From a virus (Duplodnaviria > Heunggongvirae > Uroviricota > Caudoviricetes), in the IMG/VR virus record IMGVR_UViG_3300032295_004069: a DNA stretch of 64,000 bases. One strand, written 5' to 3'. How positions within the stretch are numbered: the stretch's first letter is position 1; every line of letters starts with the position of its first letter. This document shows positions 28,147 to 37,135 of the stretch, piece after piece. The notes beneath the pieces are model-generated. The model was given only the letters and a program-made list of their open reading frames with translations. It was not told the DNA's origin and did not search any database. Position numbers and translations under genes: made by a program.

Positions 28147-28465
28147 CTGAATCCCATTCTGTTAATACAAATTCTAATCTAACTCCTTCAATATGTCCAT
28201 ACCTGTTAATCCAAGCATTAGCTTTGAGTCCTCCACTTGAAGAAAAATATGTTGTGTTGGGTCTCTTCTCTTGTTTGGCAAGCTCCATGGCGGACCTCAA
28301 TCTTTCAACCGCAGATGTTTCCAACATTTTGATTGTTGGAACTTCTTGCTGAAATCCCCACGTCCAATCCAATGTTTTCATAACAACTTCGCATTTTCTG
28401 AAATCAAAGTTTTCAATGATTTCATCAATCATTTTGTTTTCTTGTTCTAATATTTTATTTCCCAT
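28133..28465 (-). CDS. hypothetical protein (MGNKILEQENKM...)
   Basis: Track start at 28492 lies inside the upstream terminator hairpin; internal ATG at 28465 preferred. Confidence 0.4.
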   Translation of the reverse strand: MGNKILEQENKMIDEIIENFDFRKCEVVMKTLDWTWGFQQEVPTIKMLETSAVERLRSAMELAKQEKRPNTTYFSSSGGLKANAWINRYGHIEGVRLEFVLTEWDSDGDV

Positions 28466-28506
28466 AATAAAAAGATAAAAAAAATCCCACATTGTGGGAT
28501 TAATTT

Positions 28507-28722
28507 TTAAACACTCATTTCAGATAAAAACTCATGAATTATTTCTTGAGCCTCATCCTCGGTACCCTCATCACCATCCCACATAATTTCAGAGGGGTCT
28601 GCGGTCCAATCATCCCATTCGTCCCAATTTGAGACAATGGTAAATCTTTTTCCGTTTGCGGTTTCTCCTTGGTACCAAACTGTTTTGGAAGTTGTTTTTG
28701 GTGATTTGTAATCAATAAACAT
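28507..28722 (-). CDS. hypothetical acidic small protein
   Basis: ATG at 28722. Confidence 0.4.
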   Translation of the reverse strand: MFIDYKSPKTTSKTVWYQGETANGKRFTIVSNWDEWDDWTADPSEIMWDGDEGTEDEAQEIIHEFLSEMSV

Positions 28723-28727
28723 AGGTT

Positions 28728-29066
28728 TTAAATTGTTCTTAAAATATAAGAAAGAACAGATAAAATTCCAACTAAAAGAGGTACATAAGTTTTTGCTCCG
28801 TTCATCAAAGAAAGATGAAGAGCAACAGCTGCACTCATGAATGAAACAATAAGAACCATACCGTAAAGTGAGGTCATTGGGATTGCTAATAAAACAACTC
28901 CAAGTAATTCTCCAACACCTGTTGGTATTCTGTATTTGTCTAATTTCATGTAAGCGAAGTTACCTACCATTTCTTGTGTTCCAATAAGCTTTTCAATTGC
29001 CCCTTTACCCAAGAAGATTGTTACGATACCTGTTAACAACCATCCAATTAGTGATAATGTAATCAT
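28728..29066 (-). CDS. DoxX-like integral membrane protein
   Basis: Four predicted TM helices with the DoxX-like pattern. Confidence 0.5.
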   Translation of the reverse strand: MITLSLIGWLLTGIVTIFLGKGAIEKLIGTQEMVGNFAYMKLDKYRIPTGVGELLGVVLLAIPMTSLYGMVLIVSFMSAAVALHLSLMNGAKTYVPLLVGILSVLSYILRTI

Positions 29067-29117
29067 AAGATATAAATTTGTTTGTTCAATGTTAGGTAAT
29101 CAAATTGAATAAATCAA

Positions 29118-29142
29118 TAAAAAACCCCTCACTTTGGAGGGG
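29118..29142 (-). terminator. rho-independent terminator (CCCCTC...GAGGGG)
   Basis: aaaaaacccctcactttggagggg; downstream of 29150..29470. Confidence 0.7.
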
Positions 29143-29149
29143 TTTCTGA

Positions 29150-29470
29150 TTAAGCTCTTCTTTTCGAAGGTTTTCTATGATGTTTTTTACATTTTGAACA
29201 CTGAGGTTCAGGTCTGTGTTGGGCCATTCTATATCTTTGGGCCAGTCTCATTTGTTGCATTCTTTTGAACTGCATCTCAGACATTGTGATAATCACTTTG
29301 CCGTCTTTTCTTTCAATCTGAGGTCTTCCCATCTCCATCATCTGTTGATGGTCTACAAAGTCTCTAAATTGATTTGGTAATACTCTTGGACCTTGTGGTC
29401 TCATTGGTTGTTGTGCTAAAAGAGTAAGTGAAACAAATACTCCAAGTGCAATCATAATTAATTTTTTCAT
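29150..29470 (-). CDS. secreted basic small protein (signal peptide MKKLIMIALGVFVSLTLLAQQ)
   Basis: Sec signal peptide; Q/R/M-rich, Spy/LTXXQ-like composition. Confidence 0.5.
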   Translation of the reverse strand: MKKLIMIALGVFVSLTLLAQQPMRPQGPRVLPNQFRDFVDHQQMMEMGRPQIERKDGKVIITMSEMQFKRMQQMRLAQRYRMAQHRPEPQCSKCKKHHRKPSKRRA

Positions 29471-29480
29471 AGTTTTTTTT

Positions 29481-31049
29481 TTAAAGAAAATTTATTGGGT
29501 CGCTGCTCCAATAAGGAAATGGTTTTATTTTTTTTCCAGGCATTTTTTTGATGAACTCCCCTTTTTTATTGTAAATCTTAACGTCCCCATCCAAGTTTCC
29601 ACTCCAAAAATCACCTCTAACAATCAATGTTTCTCCGTCTTTGGTTTTAACCAAGTCAACCCAGTCGTTAAACCTTTCTCCACTAACGTATCTTCCCTCT
29701 GATTTTATTTTTCCATCATATGTATACCAAGTCCATTTTCCAATCGGTCTTGATTTAACATTCAATTTTCCAACTGCTTTAACGTTACCTGAAGGATAAT
29801 ATGCAACTGTATTACCAAATGGTTTGTAATAATTACCATCCTTGGCATAAGAAACAAATTTTAATACGTTATTTTTGGTCATCGCAGACATCATGATTGG
29901 ACTTGAGTCAAAGTCAACAAGAAAATAATTTCCATCATGGGCTCCCTCGAACCAAAGTCCAATTTTATTTCCTGTATTGTTGAATATGCCTTTAGATTGA
30001 ATCTTTCCGTTCTCAAAATACCTTTCATAAGGTCCTTTGTATCGAGATTCCCTTGTACCACCTACGTAACTTCCTTTTGTATGGATACCACCATTTTCAT
30101 TGTAAATTACGAAAGGTCCATCAGCGTCATCTTTTTTGTAGGTATGAATCGCATACAATTCCCCCCCACGCCAAAAAGATTTCCAAAGCCCCGACTTTCT
30201 GCCCTTGGCATCTTCAGTGCCTTTTCCCTTTACAGGTATTTCCATAGTTCCAGGAAAATCCTCTCTTTCTAAACTATATTGTGGAACTTTATCCCCTACA
30301 AATTCAAAAAATTTAAGTTGTTTTATACCATGTTTTTCGAAGTCATCTTTATCCATGAATTGTCCTGACTCATAATGTAACTGATAGGGAGAACTTTTAT
30401 CATCCAAATTGAAAAGTAAAAAATAACTTGAACCTTTTGGGTCTGTTAGATATCTTTTGAAATAACTGTATTGTCCGACGGTACAAATTTCAATTTTTGC
30501 ACCTTTATCACGCCCTTTACATCTTCCTAATATATCTCTATATAATTTCCAAACGTCTTTGCCTATTCCAAAAACTTGAAATACTTGATATTGGTAGTCA
30601 CCATTATCAAACATCCCCAAATATTTTATACCACCTGAACTTTGAAGCTTTTCTATTTCGTTTTGAGAAACAAAATTGTCTTTTCCTTTAATTTCGTCAA
30701 ATACTATATCACCCTCCCTAATTTTGATAACCTCACTTAGAAAATCTTTTAAGTCATCTGCAGTTTTATAAAGGTGAATGTCGTTGAATTTGAATTTACG
30801 TTTGTTTTTTTCAAAAATGTCGAAGTATTCTTTGTACTTGTATATGTCCTCGGCTTTAACAATCCCTTGACCAACCTTCTTGGTCAACCAACTCAATAGG
30901 TAAAACTTATTACCCGTAACATCTACTAACTTGTCGAAGTCTTCTTCAGAAATAGGTTTACCTTCACCAACATATTTGTTCTTCAAATTGATGGTGTTTT
31001 GGTCTAATTGTTCCTTAAGTAACTTCCAAATGAAGGAGCGTAATTCCAT
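29481..31049 (-). CDS. MORN-variant (YwqK-like) repeat protein
   Basis: Start moved to ATG 31049 (after the CCAATAAATAC context; removes the overlap with 31063..31782). C-terminal G(P/K)xxxYYxNGxxK repeats. Confidence 0.55.
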   Translation of the reverse strand: MELRSFIWKLLKEQLDQNTINLKNKYVGEGKPISEEDFDKLVDVTGNKFYLLSWLTKKVGQGIVKAEDIYKYKEYFDIFEKNKRKFKFNDIHLYKTADDLKDFLSEVIKIREGDIVFDEIKGKDNFVSQNEIEKLQSSGGIKYLGMFDNGDYQYQVFQVFGIGKDVWKLYRDILGRCKGRDKGAKIEICTVGQYSYFKRYLTDPKGSSYFLLFNLDDKSSPYQLHYESGQFMDKDDFEKHGIKQLKFFEFVGDKVPQYSLEREDFPGTMEIPVKGKGTEDAKGRKSGLWKSFWRGGELYAIHTYKKDDADGPFVIYNENGGIHTKGSYVGGTRESRYKGPYERYFENGKIQSKGIFNNTGNKIGLWFEGAHDGNYFLVDFDSSPIMMSAMTKNNVLKFVSYAKDGNYYKPFGNTVAYYPSGNVKAVGKLNVKSRPIGKWTWYTYDGKIKSEGRYVSGERFNDWVDLVKTKDGETLIVRGDFWSGNLDGDVKIYNKKGEFIKKMPGKKIKPFPYWSSDPINFL

Positions 31050-31062
31050 TCCAATAAATACT

Positions 31063-31782
31063 TTAGAGGAAGAGTTTGTGAACACTGTCTTGTTGAAACT
31101 TAAGACATAGGTAAGAACCTCCGTCATCTTTGTTCACGAGCTTTGTTATACCGTTGTTTAGGTGAACTCTAACCCTCAACCCCAAATCGAGTTTTGAACC
31201 GTCAGGAGACACGCAAAGTACCTTCCATGAGGTTTTACCCTTGGTGTTGTCTGATAGGTTTAATTTGTGTCCCTCAGAGAGCAATTTGAATATCTTTGGG
31301 TGGACCAAGTGAAGAGTCTTGGTGTTCTCTTCCAGTAAAACAAGTTGAAGGGATTGACCTTCGTACTTTTCGATTACTTTAGTCCTGAAAAGATTGGTCA
31401 GGGTCTCAGATGATGTCTGAGATAACTCTTCATGGATTTTAGATTTGATTAACTCAGCACCTGACCTGTTACCACTTTTTCTGAATGAATCAATTAGTTT
31501 GATACTTTCTTTGAATAAGTTCTTGTCGAAGTTAGCTGTGTTAACGTAATCAAAAGACCCAGTCTTGATTTGTTTTTTTCTCTTAAGGGAGAATACTGAA
31601 ACTGAGTCGTCATCAAAAGTGATTTGGAAATCTACTGTAGTTTTGGTTCCACCGAGGTGCACGATTTCTTTCACAGTTTTACCGAACTGTGATTCAAACC
31701 AAGGGGTATAATCTGAGATGTTCTTCTCTGAATTTACCGCCGCCCAATGATTTCTACCGTCTGAAGGAAATGCCATAAACAC
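31063..31782 (-). CDS. hypothetical protein
   Basis: ATG at 31782. Confidence 0.45.
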   Translation of the reverse strand: MFMAFPSDGRNHWAAVNSEKNISDYTPWFESQFGKTVKEIVHLGGTKTTVDFQITFDDDSVSVFSLKRKKQIKTGSFDYVNTANFDKNLFKESIKLIDSFRKSGNRSGAELIKSKIHEELSQTSSETLTNLFRTKVIEKYEGQSLQLVLLEENTKTLHLVHPKIFKLLSEGHKLNLSDNTKGKTSWKVLCVSPDGSKLDLGLRVRVHLNNGITKLVNKDDGGSYLCLKFQQDSVHKLFL

Positions 31783-31805
31783 AAAGATATAGAAATTATT
31801 TTGAA

Positions 31806-31832
31806 TAAAAAAACCCCCGATTTCTCGGGGGC
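31806..31832 (-). terminator. rho-independent terminator (CCCCCGA...TCGGGGG)
   Basis: aaaaaaacccccgatttctcggggg; downstream of 31978..32427. Confidence 0.7.
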
Positions 31833-31977
31833 TTTACTTATTTCTTTATTTTAGAAACAAGTTTTAGAATGTGTGGTCCCACCACAACTCCGACAACTAC
31901 ACCTAATAAAAAGTACCAGTGCCATAAAAATTCTAATTGTTCCATAGTTTTTTTAAAAAGGTTTAATTTTGTTTAGA

Positions 31978-32427
31978 CTATAAATGATAGTTTAGACCCA
32001 AACCTACAAGGTTAGAATGCTTACCATCTTTTACAGTTCTTAGAATTGATTGTTCTAAGCACCACTTCTTGTTTATCTTATATCCAATGGTAGGTACATA
32101 AGTAAATTGACCTTTTTGACCATTGAAAAAAGTAACACCTCCGTCAAGTCCTACGTATAGGTTCTTCAGGTGCTTACGGTATCCAACAAGTGCTGGCATT
32201 CTTACGAAGCCTGCCTTATCTTGCATGAATTGGAAAGACACGTTCATGTTCTTTTTATGAAAGTTTACTTTCTGACCCCATGCTTTGGAATCCCAACCAA
32301 CATTTTTTGCAAACGGAGCGTTTACAGTTGCACCCACTGAGATGTCCCATCCCTTTTTATCGTGTTTCTGTGCAAATGTTACTAGCGAACATACGAGAGC
32401 AAAAAATAACAAAAATTGTTTCTTCAT
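31978..32427 (-). CDS. small outer-membrane beta-barrel protein
   Basis: Signal peptide MKKQFLLFFALVCSLVTFAQ; alternating hydrophobic beta-strand pattern; aromatic C-terminus. Confidence 0.5.
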   Translation of the reverse strand: MKKQFLLFFALVCSLVTFAQKHDKKGWDISVGATVNAPFAKNVGWDSKAWGQKVNFHKKNMNVSFQFMQDKAGFVRMPALVGYRKHLKNLYVGLDGGVTFFNGQKGQFTYVPTIGYKINKKWCLEQSILRTVKDGKHSNLVGLGLNYHL

Positions 32428-32541
32428 TTTCGTTTTATTTAACGGTTTATAAATAAAAATCCCATCTTCACCTACAACATAGTTGAGATGGGATGGGACT
32501 TAAATTCTATAATAAATATCTTTGAAAATCGAAAAATCGAC

Positions 32542-32823
32542 TTAAACGAACCTTTTGATTTTATAACCCTTTGACTGCATGTAGTCCTTGAATAGCTTTT
32601 TTGTGGATGTATTACTCATAGAGAACATATTTTTTACAAGGTCATTTAATGAATCTCTAACAAATAAAATCATATCACCTTTATCATAAGCAATCTGATT
32701 TTTGTCTCCTTTACCGAAGACAACCAAGGAACCATTGTCCTCAACACTATAGTCTTTTAGGTAGGAATCCAAAAATCTAAAGATTACTGATTCAAGTCTT
32801 GATTCTGTTATAATGTATTTCAT
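32542..32823 (-). CDS. small protein MKYIITESRLESVIFRFLD (tandem paralog a)
   Basis: ITES N-terminal family. Confidence 0.55.
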   Translation of the reverse strand: MKYIITESRLESVIFRFLDSYLKDYSVEDNGSLVVFGKGDKNQIAYDKGDMILFVRDSLNDLVKNMFSMSNTSTKKLFKDYMQSKGYKIKRFV

Positions 32824-32826
32824 GGC

Positions 32827-33180
32827 TTAATTATCGTCGTCATCATAGTCAGTATCCATCCACTCGAAGTTATCAATAGAAAGGTTTTTTTGGTATCTTT
32901 TATTGAACCATTGAATGATTGTTTTTATTGATATCAAGTCAGGTATTGAAAATAATTTAGAGAGTTTGGTAATCAATCCCTCATTGATGTATATAACATC
33001 GAAACTGTGGTCAGGAACTGTATGTGAATACTGAATTCTAAATCTAATAAGGTCTCTACCATATTCACCTTCAGCCATATTGAATTCACTATCACCAATA
33101 TCCCAATCATACCAATCTTGGTTGTCTAGGTAGTTGAATATCAACTGAGCTAATCTATTTTCTGTTATGATGTATTTCAT
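32827..33180 (-). CDS. small protein MKYIITENRLAQLIFNYLD (tandem paralog b)
   Basis: ITES N-terminal family. Confidence 0.55.
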   Translation of the reverse strand: MKYIITENRLAQLIFNYLDNQDWYDWDIGDSEFNMAEGEYGRDLIRFRIQYSHTVPDHSFDVIYINEGLITKLSKLFSIPDLISIKTIIQWFNKRYQKNLSIDNFEWMDTDYDDDDN

Positions 33181-33486
33181 TTATTCAGTATATTCTACTT
33201 TCACATTGAATTTATTTTCAAACCATTCAGTAACAAATGGAATTATATCAAGGACGCTTTTTGCAAACAAATCAGACAAAAACCTTTTGAAATCATTATT
33301 AATCCATAATCTACCGTCAGTAAAGTCATATTCCATCCAATCTCTCCATTCATCCTCATCAAAACCAGCTTTTTCTTGAATTAAGATGAAATCCCTGTAA
33401 TTTAATATGTTTTTACTCTCAACCCAACTATTCAAATAGTCGGTCATCAACATCTCTATTTTACTCTCTCTGATTATGATTTTCAT
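33181..33486 (-). CDS. small protein MKIIIRESKIEMLMTDYLN (tandem paralog c)
   Basis: ITES N-terminal family. Confidence 0.55.
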   Translation of the reverse strand: MKIIIRESKIEMLMTDYLNSWVESKNILNYRDFILIQEKAGFDEDEWRDWMEYDFTDGRLWINNDFKRFLSDLFAKSVLDIIPFVTEWFENKFNVKVEYTE

Positions 33487-33510
33487 GATTACTATAAATA
33501 CCCATGGAAA

Positions 33511-33537
33511 TAAAAAACCCCTCCGTTTCGGGAGGGG
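33511..33537 (-). terminator. rho-independent terminator (CCCCTCC...GGAGGGG)
   Basis: aaaaaacccctccgtttcgggagggg. Confidence 0.7.
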
Positions 33538-33544
33538 TTGGCTT

Positions 33545-34288
33545 TTAGATTGTTTCTACAATCGAAGAGGTTACGCCATCCCACTTCTTGATTTGAGTCT
33601 TGGGAACCCAAAACTCCATTTCACCAATCTCCTCCACACGCTTCAGGTATTCCTCACGGAAACGCTGAGTCTGTGATTTGTCGGTGATGTACTCAACACC
33701 CACATGTTTAGCACAAATCTTACCAAACCCAGTCAACATAGAGAACTCATCAGTTAGAGTCTTCATGCAACAAGTACAAACATCACCACGTTTGATAGTC
33801 AACTTACCACTGAAAAGAACTGCCTTTGGAGACACAGCCTTAAGGGTTGTGATGTCGATAAGGATGGGGTTGAACTTGAGACCATACTTCTCTTTAAGTT
33901 CCATTCCTATCTTACGACCAAGTTTGATGGTCTCTCCGATTGTCGGCCAGTTCATTCGAACTGTCTTCTCTTTGTCCTCCTCCTTTTGAATCTGAGCCAC
34001 AGCGGCTGAGATTTGCTTTGAGGTAAGTGTACCCCACTTTTCGAATTTGGAAGCGATGTCCTTAACGAATGGGTTCTCACCCTTGTACTCGACGATACGC
34101 TTCACGTCCTCAGGTAACTCCTCCCTGTTGATGGTCTTAACTTCGGAGTTAAGAGCCTTATCAGAGGCTTCGAGTTGCTTTGGGGTCAATTGTCCCCACT
34201 TCTTGAGGGCGTCTTTCATGTTGAGGATGAAACGGTTTTGACCTTGGTAGTTACGAACTTTGTCTTGAGTAGAGATTTGAGTAGTCAT
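33545..34288 (-). CDS. GC-rich gene, candidate abundant (virion?) protein with internal KKWGxLTxKQ repeats
   Basis: Track start at 34312 is TTG; ATG at 34288. Markedly higher GC than neighbours. Shares the upstream motif TTGTATTCACAAAACACA with 40848..41312. Confidence 0.45.
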   Translation of the reverse strand: MTTQISTQDKVRNYQGQNRFILNMKDALKKWGQLTPKQLEASDKALNSEVKTINREELPEDVKRIVEYKGENPFVKDIASKFEKWGTLTSKQISAAVAQIQKEEDKEKTVRMNWPTIGETIKLGRKIGMELKEKYGLKFNPILIDITTLKAVSPKAVLFSGKLTIKRGDVCTCCMKTLTDEFSMLTGFGKICAKHVGVEYITDKSQTQRFREEYLKRVEEIGEMEFWVPKTQIKKWDGVTSSIVETI

Positions 34289-34381
34289 GGTGGATGTGTT
34301 TTGTGAATACAAAGATAGTGATTTATTTCAAATCGAAAAACTTTTTTTTAAAAACCCGACTTTTTTTAGTTATAAAATTAC

Positions 34382-34810
34382 TTATTTTCCCCCAAATTTA
34401 TAATCGTAGGTTAAAGCGTTGTGATTTACAATATTTTTGTTAAGAATTTGGAGTATCTCATCCGTTGGATTAGGCCCTGCTAATCTTTTTCTACACTCAA
34501 TTACATTATCTTCCATAAGTTCAACACCATAAGTTGTAGACAATGCTTTTACAAGAGAACACCCACTTCTTTCCATTTTCCTGATAACTATTTCAGATAA
34601 AAATTGACCATCTCCGCATGAGTTGTCTAAAAAAGTTTTTTCTGGATTTGAAAATAATTCGGGATTCGATTTTTCTAAATCATCAATCATTATTAAAACA
34701 AGTTCGGTTGGAGTGAAAACTTCTGCAGTTTGTTTAATCCTTAACTTATCTCTGTCCACACCAGACATATATTTTCTATTTCTTGAAAATTCCTTATACT
34801 CGTTTAACAT
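34382..34810 (-). CDS. truncated gamma-class N6-adenine MTase N-terminal fragment (motif X FTPTELV and motif I DNSCGDGQFL present, NPPY absent); possible pseudogene or partial duplicate
   Basis: ATG at 34810 after the TTTATAAAT motif. Architecture parallels the first ~110 aa of the intact MTase at 35884..37134. Confidence 0.45.
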   Translation of the reverse strand: MLNEYKEFSRNRKYMSGVDRDKLRIKQTAEVFTPTELVLIMIDDLEKSNPELFSNPEKTFLDNSCGDGQFLSEIVIRKMERSGCSLVKALSTTYGVELMEDNVIECRKRLAGPNPTDEILQILNKNIVNHNALTYDYKFGGK

Positions 34811-34846
34811 ATTTATAAATGTAATAAAAAAATAATTATTTCCAAA

Positions 34847-35908
34847 TTGGTAATTTATTTCATCAAAAATAAAATAAACGGTAAAGGTTATGTTGGTCAA
34901 CATTGTGGACAATCTGATGCTAGATGGCGACAACATTTACGTGAGGCATTACAAGTTGAAAATCCTAAACCTCTTTACGCGGCAATTCGAAAATACGGTA
35001 AGGAAAATTTTTCTTATGAAGTTTTAGAAGAAATACCAATTGAGTTGGGTCAGAGAGAATTAGATACTCGAGAAATTTTTTGGATACACAACAAAAATAC
35101 CTTTATAAAGAATGGGAAGGGATATAATCTCACTTTAGGTGGTGGAGGTGGTGTAAGACAATTTTGTTCGGTTAAAGGTGAAGGTCAAGCTCGTCATAAA
35201 TGGGGCCAATACGACCTCAATGGTAATTTTATTGATTCATGGAACAGCCCCACTCAAGCGGCAAGAATTTTAGGATGTAATAATTACAGACATTTATATC
35301 ATGCCGCAAATTGGCATGAAAATAAGGGTAAATATGGAAAAACGTTTTGTGGTTTTATGTGGAAAAAAGTACCACTTTCAGAAAATTTACCAACTAAAAT
35401 TACCCCTTTAAGCGAATTGACCAAAATTGACCTTCCGAAACTTAGAAAGATAAAAATCCCAAAAAGTTCTACAAGTGAGGAATTCGAAATAGGTCAGTAC
35501 AATTTCTTGGGTGAATTGGTGAACGTATGGCCGAATAATGGTGAAATAATCGGAAGGACTTTAAAAATGGAGGGGGACTCAATAAGAAGAAATCTTAGGG
35601 GTGAATCAGTTCTTACCTACGGATTCATGTGGAGAAGATTCAGAAGAGGGGAATCCCCAAAAAAGATTCCAGCACCCCAAGAAATCACTCAGGGGTTATC
35701 CTTGGATGAAAATTTATTTTATGATGAACCAATTCTAAAGATAAATTTGTTAGATAAGGATATTATGAACAAATATACATCAATTTCGGAAATACCTGTC
35801 GCATTTCTAACACAATTAGAAATATATGATGAAGCAGTGAATATGAATAATGTAGATAACACCCTTTGGATTTTTGAAAAGGATTACGAAGAAATAAATA
35901 ACTCGTAA
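34847..35908 (+). CDS. GIY-YIG homing endonuclease (TTG start)
   Basis: VIYFIKNKINGKGYVGQ...R..H...E...N core followed by a DNA-binding tail. Both ends overlap the flanking MTase-type ORFs on the opposite strand. Confidence 0.8.
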   Translation: MVIYFIKNKINGKGYVGQHCGQSDARWRQHLREALQVENPKPLYAAIRKYGKENFSYEVLEEIPIELGQRELDTREIFWIHNKNTFIKNGKGYNLTLGGGGGVRQFCSVKGEGQARHKWGQYDLNGNFIDSWNSPTQAARILGCNNYRHLYHAANWHENKGKYGKTFCGFMWKKVPLSENLPTKITPLSELTKIDLPKLRKIKIPKSSTSEEFEIGQYNFLGELVNVWPNNGEIIGRTLKMEGDSIRRNLRGESVLTYGFMWRRFRRGESPKKIPAPQEITQGLSLDENLFYDEPILKINLLDKDIMNKYTSISEIPVAFLTQLEIYDEAVNMNNVDNTLWIFEKDYEEINNS

Positions 35909-37134
35909 ATTTCTTCTTCAGAAATAGGATGACTTGGTAAATTTATTTTTTTTAATTTTGTATATGTCTTATGACCATCTCTGGCATTTGTTGAGTAAAA
36001 AGAAATTACTTTGGACACAATTTCTGAGTTAAGAATTTTAACTAAATTTTCACCCTGAATTTCATTATCAACAACTACATAAAGTAGGTTATCTGATAAA
36101 TTAGTTGGTTCTGAAAAAAGTGTTGCACATGGGTAACCACTTTTAGAAATTCCAACTTTTATTTTTTCATAATCAACTAAAGCTTCTTTATAGAAATACT
36201 TTATCACCCCTTTAGTCTTAGTCATTTTATCTACTATAGGAAAAACATTAGTTTCAGTCTGCTCAAGGGTAACAACATCATCTTTTATTTGTTTTTTTCT
36301 TATTCTTCTTGCAACACCTTTTAAATTGACCATAATCTTAAAGTCAAAGTTATTTTCCTCGCTTAGAAAATGTTCGGAAAGGTTTTCGCATTCATCTAAG
36401 TGTCTTTTAGGGACAATTTTACCTTTTTCATAAACCCTTAATTTAGTTACAATTTCATTTTTAGAATTTACATAGGTGGTTAAAATTTGTTGGGTTTTTT
36501 CTTGGATTAACTTATTAGTCAAGTTGAATACGAACGCTGTTGTTCCGACACCTTGTTTTTTGAAAATTCTTTCAGGTACATCGAAAATAAAAGAATTTAT
36601 CTTATAAAACCCTTCAACAAAACTTCTGTTTTTATCGCAATTCATTAGATAGTCTGCCATAGTGGTAGGTACTACAAATGAAAAAATTGCATTTGGTTTG
36701 AGTAATGATGAAAGAATTTTTTTTGTGAAATGCTGATAAAGTGCATTATCTCCAGGTTTGTCTTGGTCTTGGTACGGTGGATTACCTATTACTACATCAA
36801 ATTTCATATCAGTTTCTGTTTTGAAAAAATCACAATGTTTTACATTCAAAAATCCTCTTCTTGTTAGGTGATTAATATATTTTACCCTTATATCATATCC
36901 ATAAACACGGGACTTAGAATCATTCTCAGTGTATCCATAAATATTAATCAATCTATTAACAATCTCAATAAGAAATGTACCCTTACCCATGCAAGGGTCC
37001 AAAAATTTGGAATTGGGGTTTTTCCAAATTTCGGTAGGGATTCTGTCTAACATTAAGTTTACAAGTTCAGTAGGCGTAAAAATTTCCCCTAAAGAGGGAT
37101 TTGCTTTCCATTTCTTAAATTGAGTAAGTTTCAT
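35884..37134 (-). CDS. gamma-class N6-adenine DNA methyltransferase (TaqI/Eco57I-like)
   Basis: GEIFTPTELV (motif X), FLDPCMGKGTFL (motif I), VIGNPPYQD (motif IV). Confidence 0.8.
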   Translation of the reverse strand: MKLTQFKKWKANPSLGEIFTPTELVNLMLDRIPTEIWKNPNSKFLDPCMGKGTFLIEIVNRLINIYGYTENDSKSRVYGYDIRVKYINHLTRRGFLNVKHCDFFKTETDMKFDVVIGNPPYQDQDKPGDNALYQHFTKKILSSLLKPNAIFSFVVPTTMADYLMNCDKNRSFVEGFYKINSFIFDVPERIFKKQGVGTTAFVFNLTNKLIQEKTQQILTTYVNSKNEIVTKLRVYEKGKIVPKRHLDECENLSEHFLSEENNFDFKIMVNLKGVARRIRKKQIKDDVVTLEQTETNVFPIVDKMTKTKGVIKYFYKEALVDYEKIKVGISKSGYPCATLFSEPTNLSDNLLYVVVDNEIQGENLVKILNSEIVSKVISFYSTNARDGHKTYTKLKKINLPSHPISEEEIYELFISS

Positions 37135-37135
37135 G

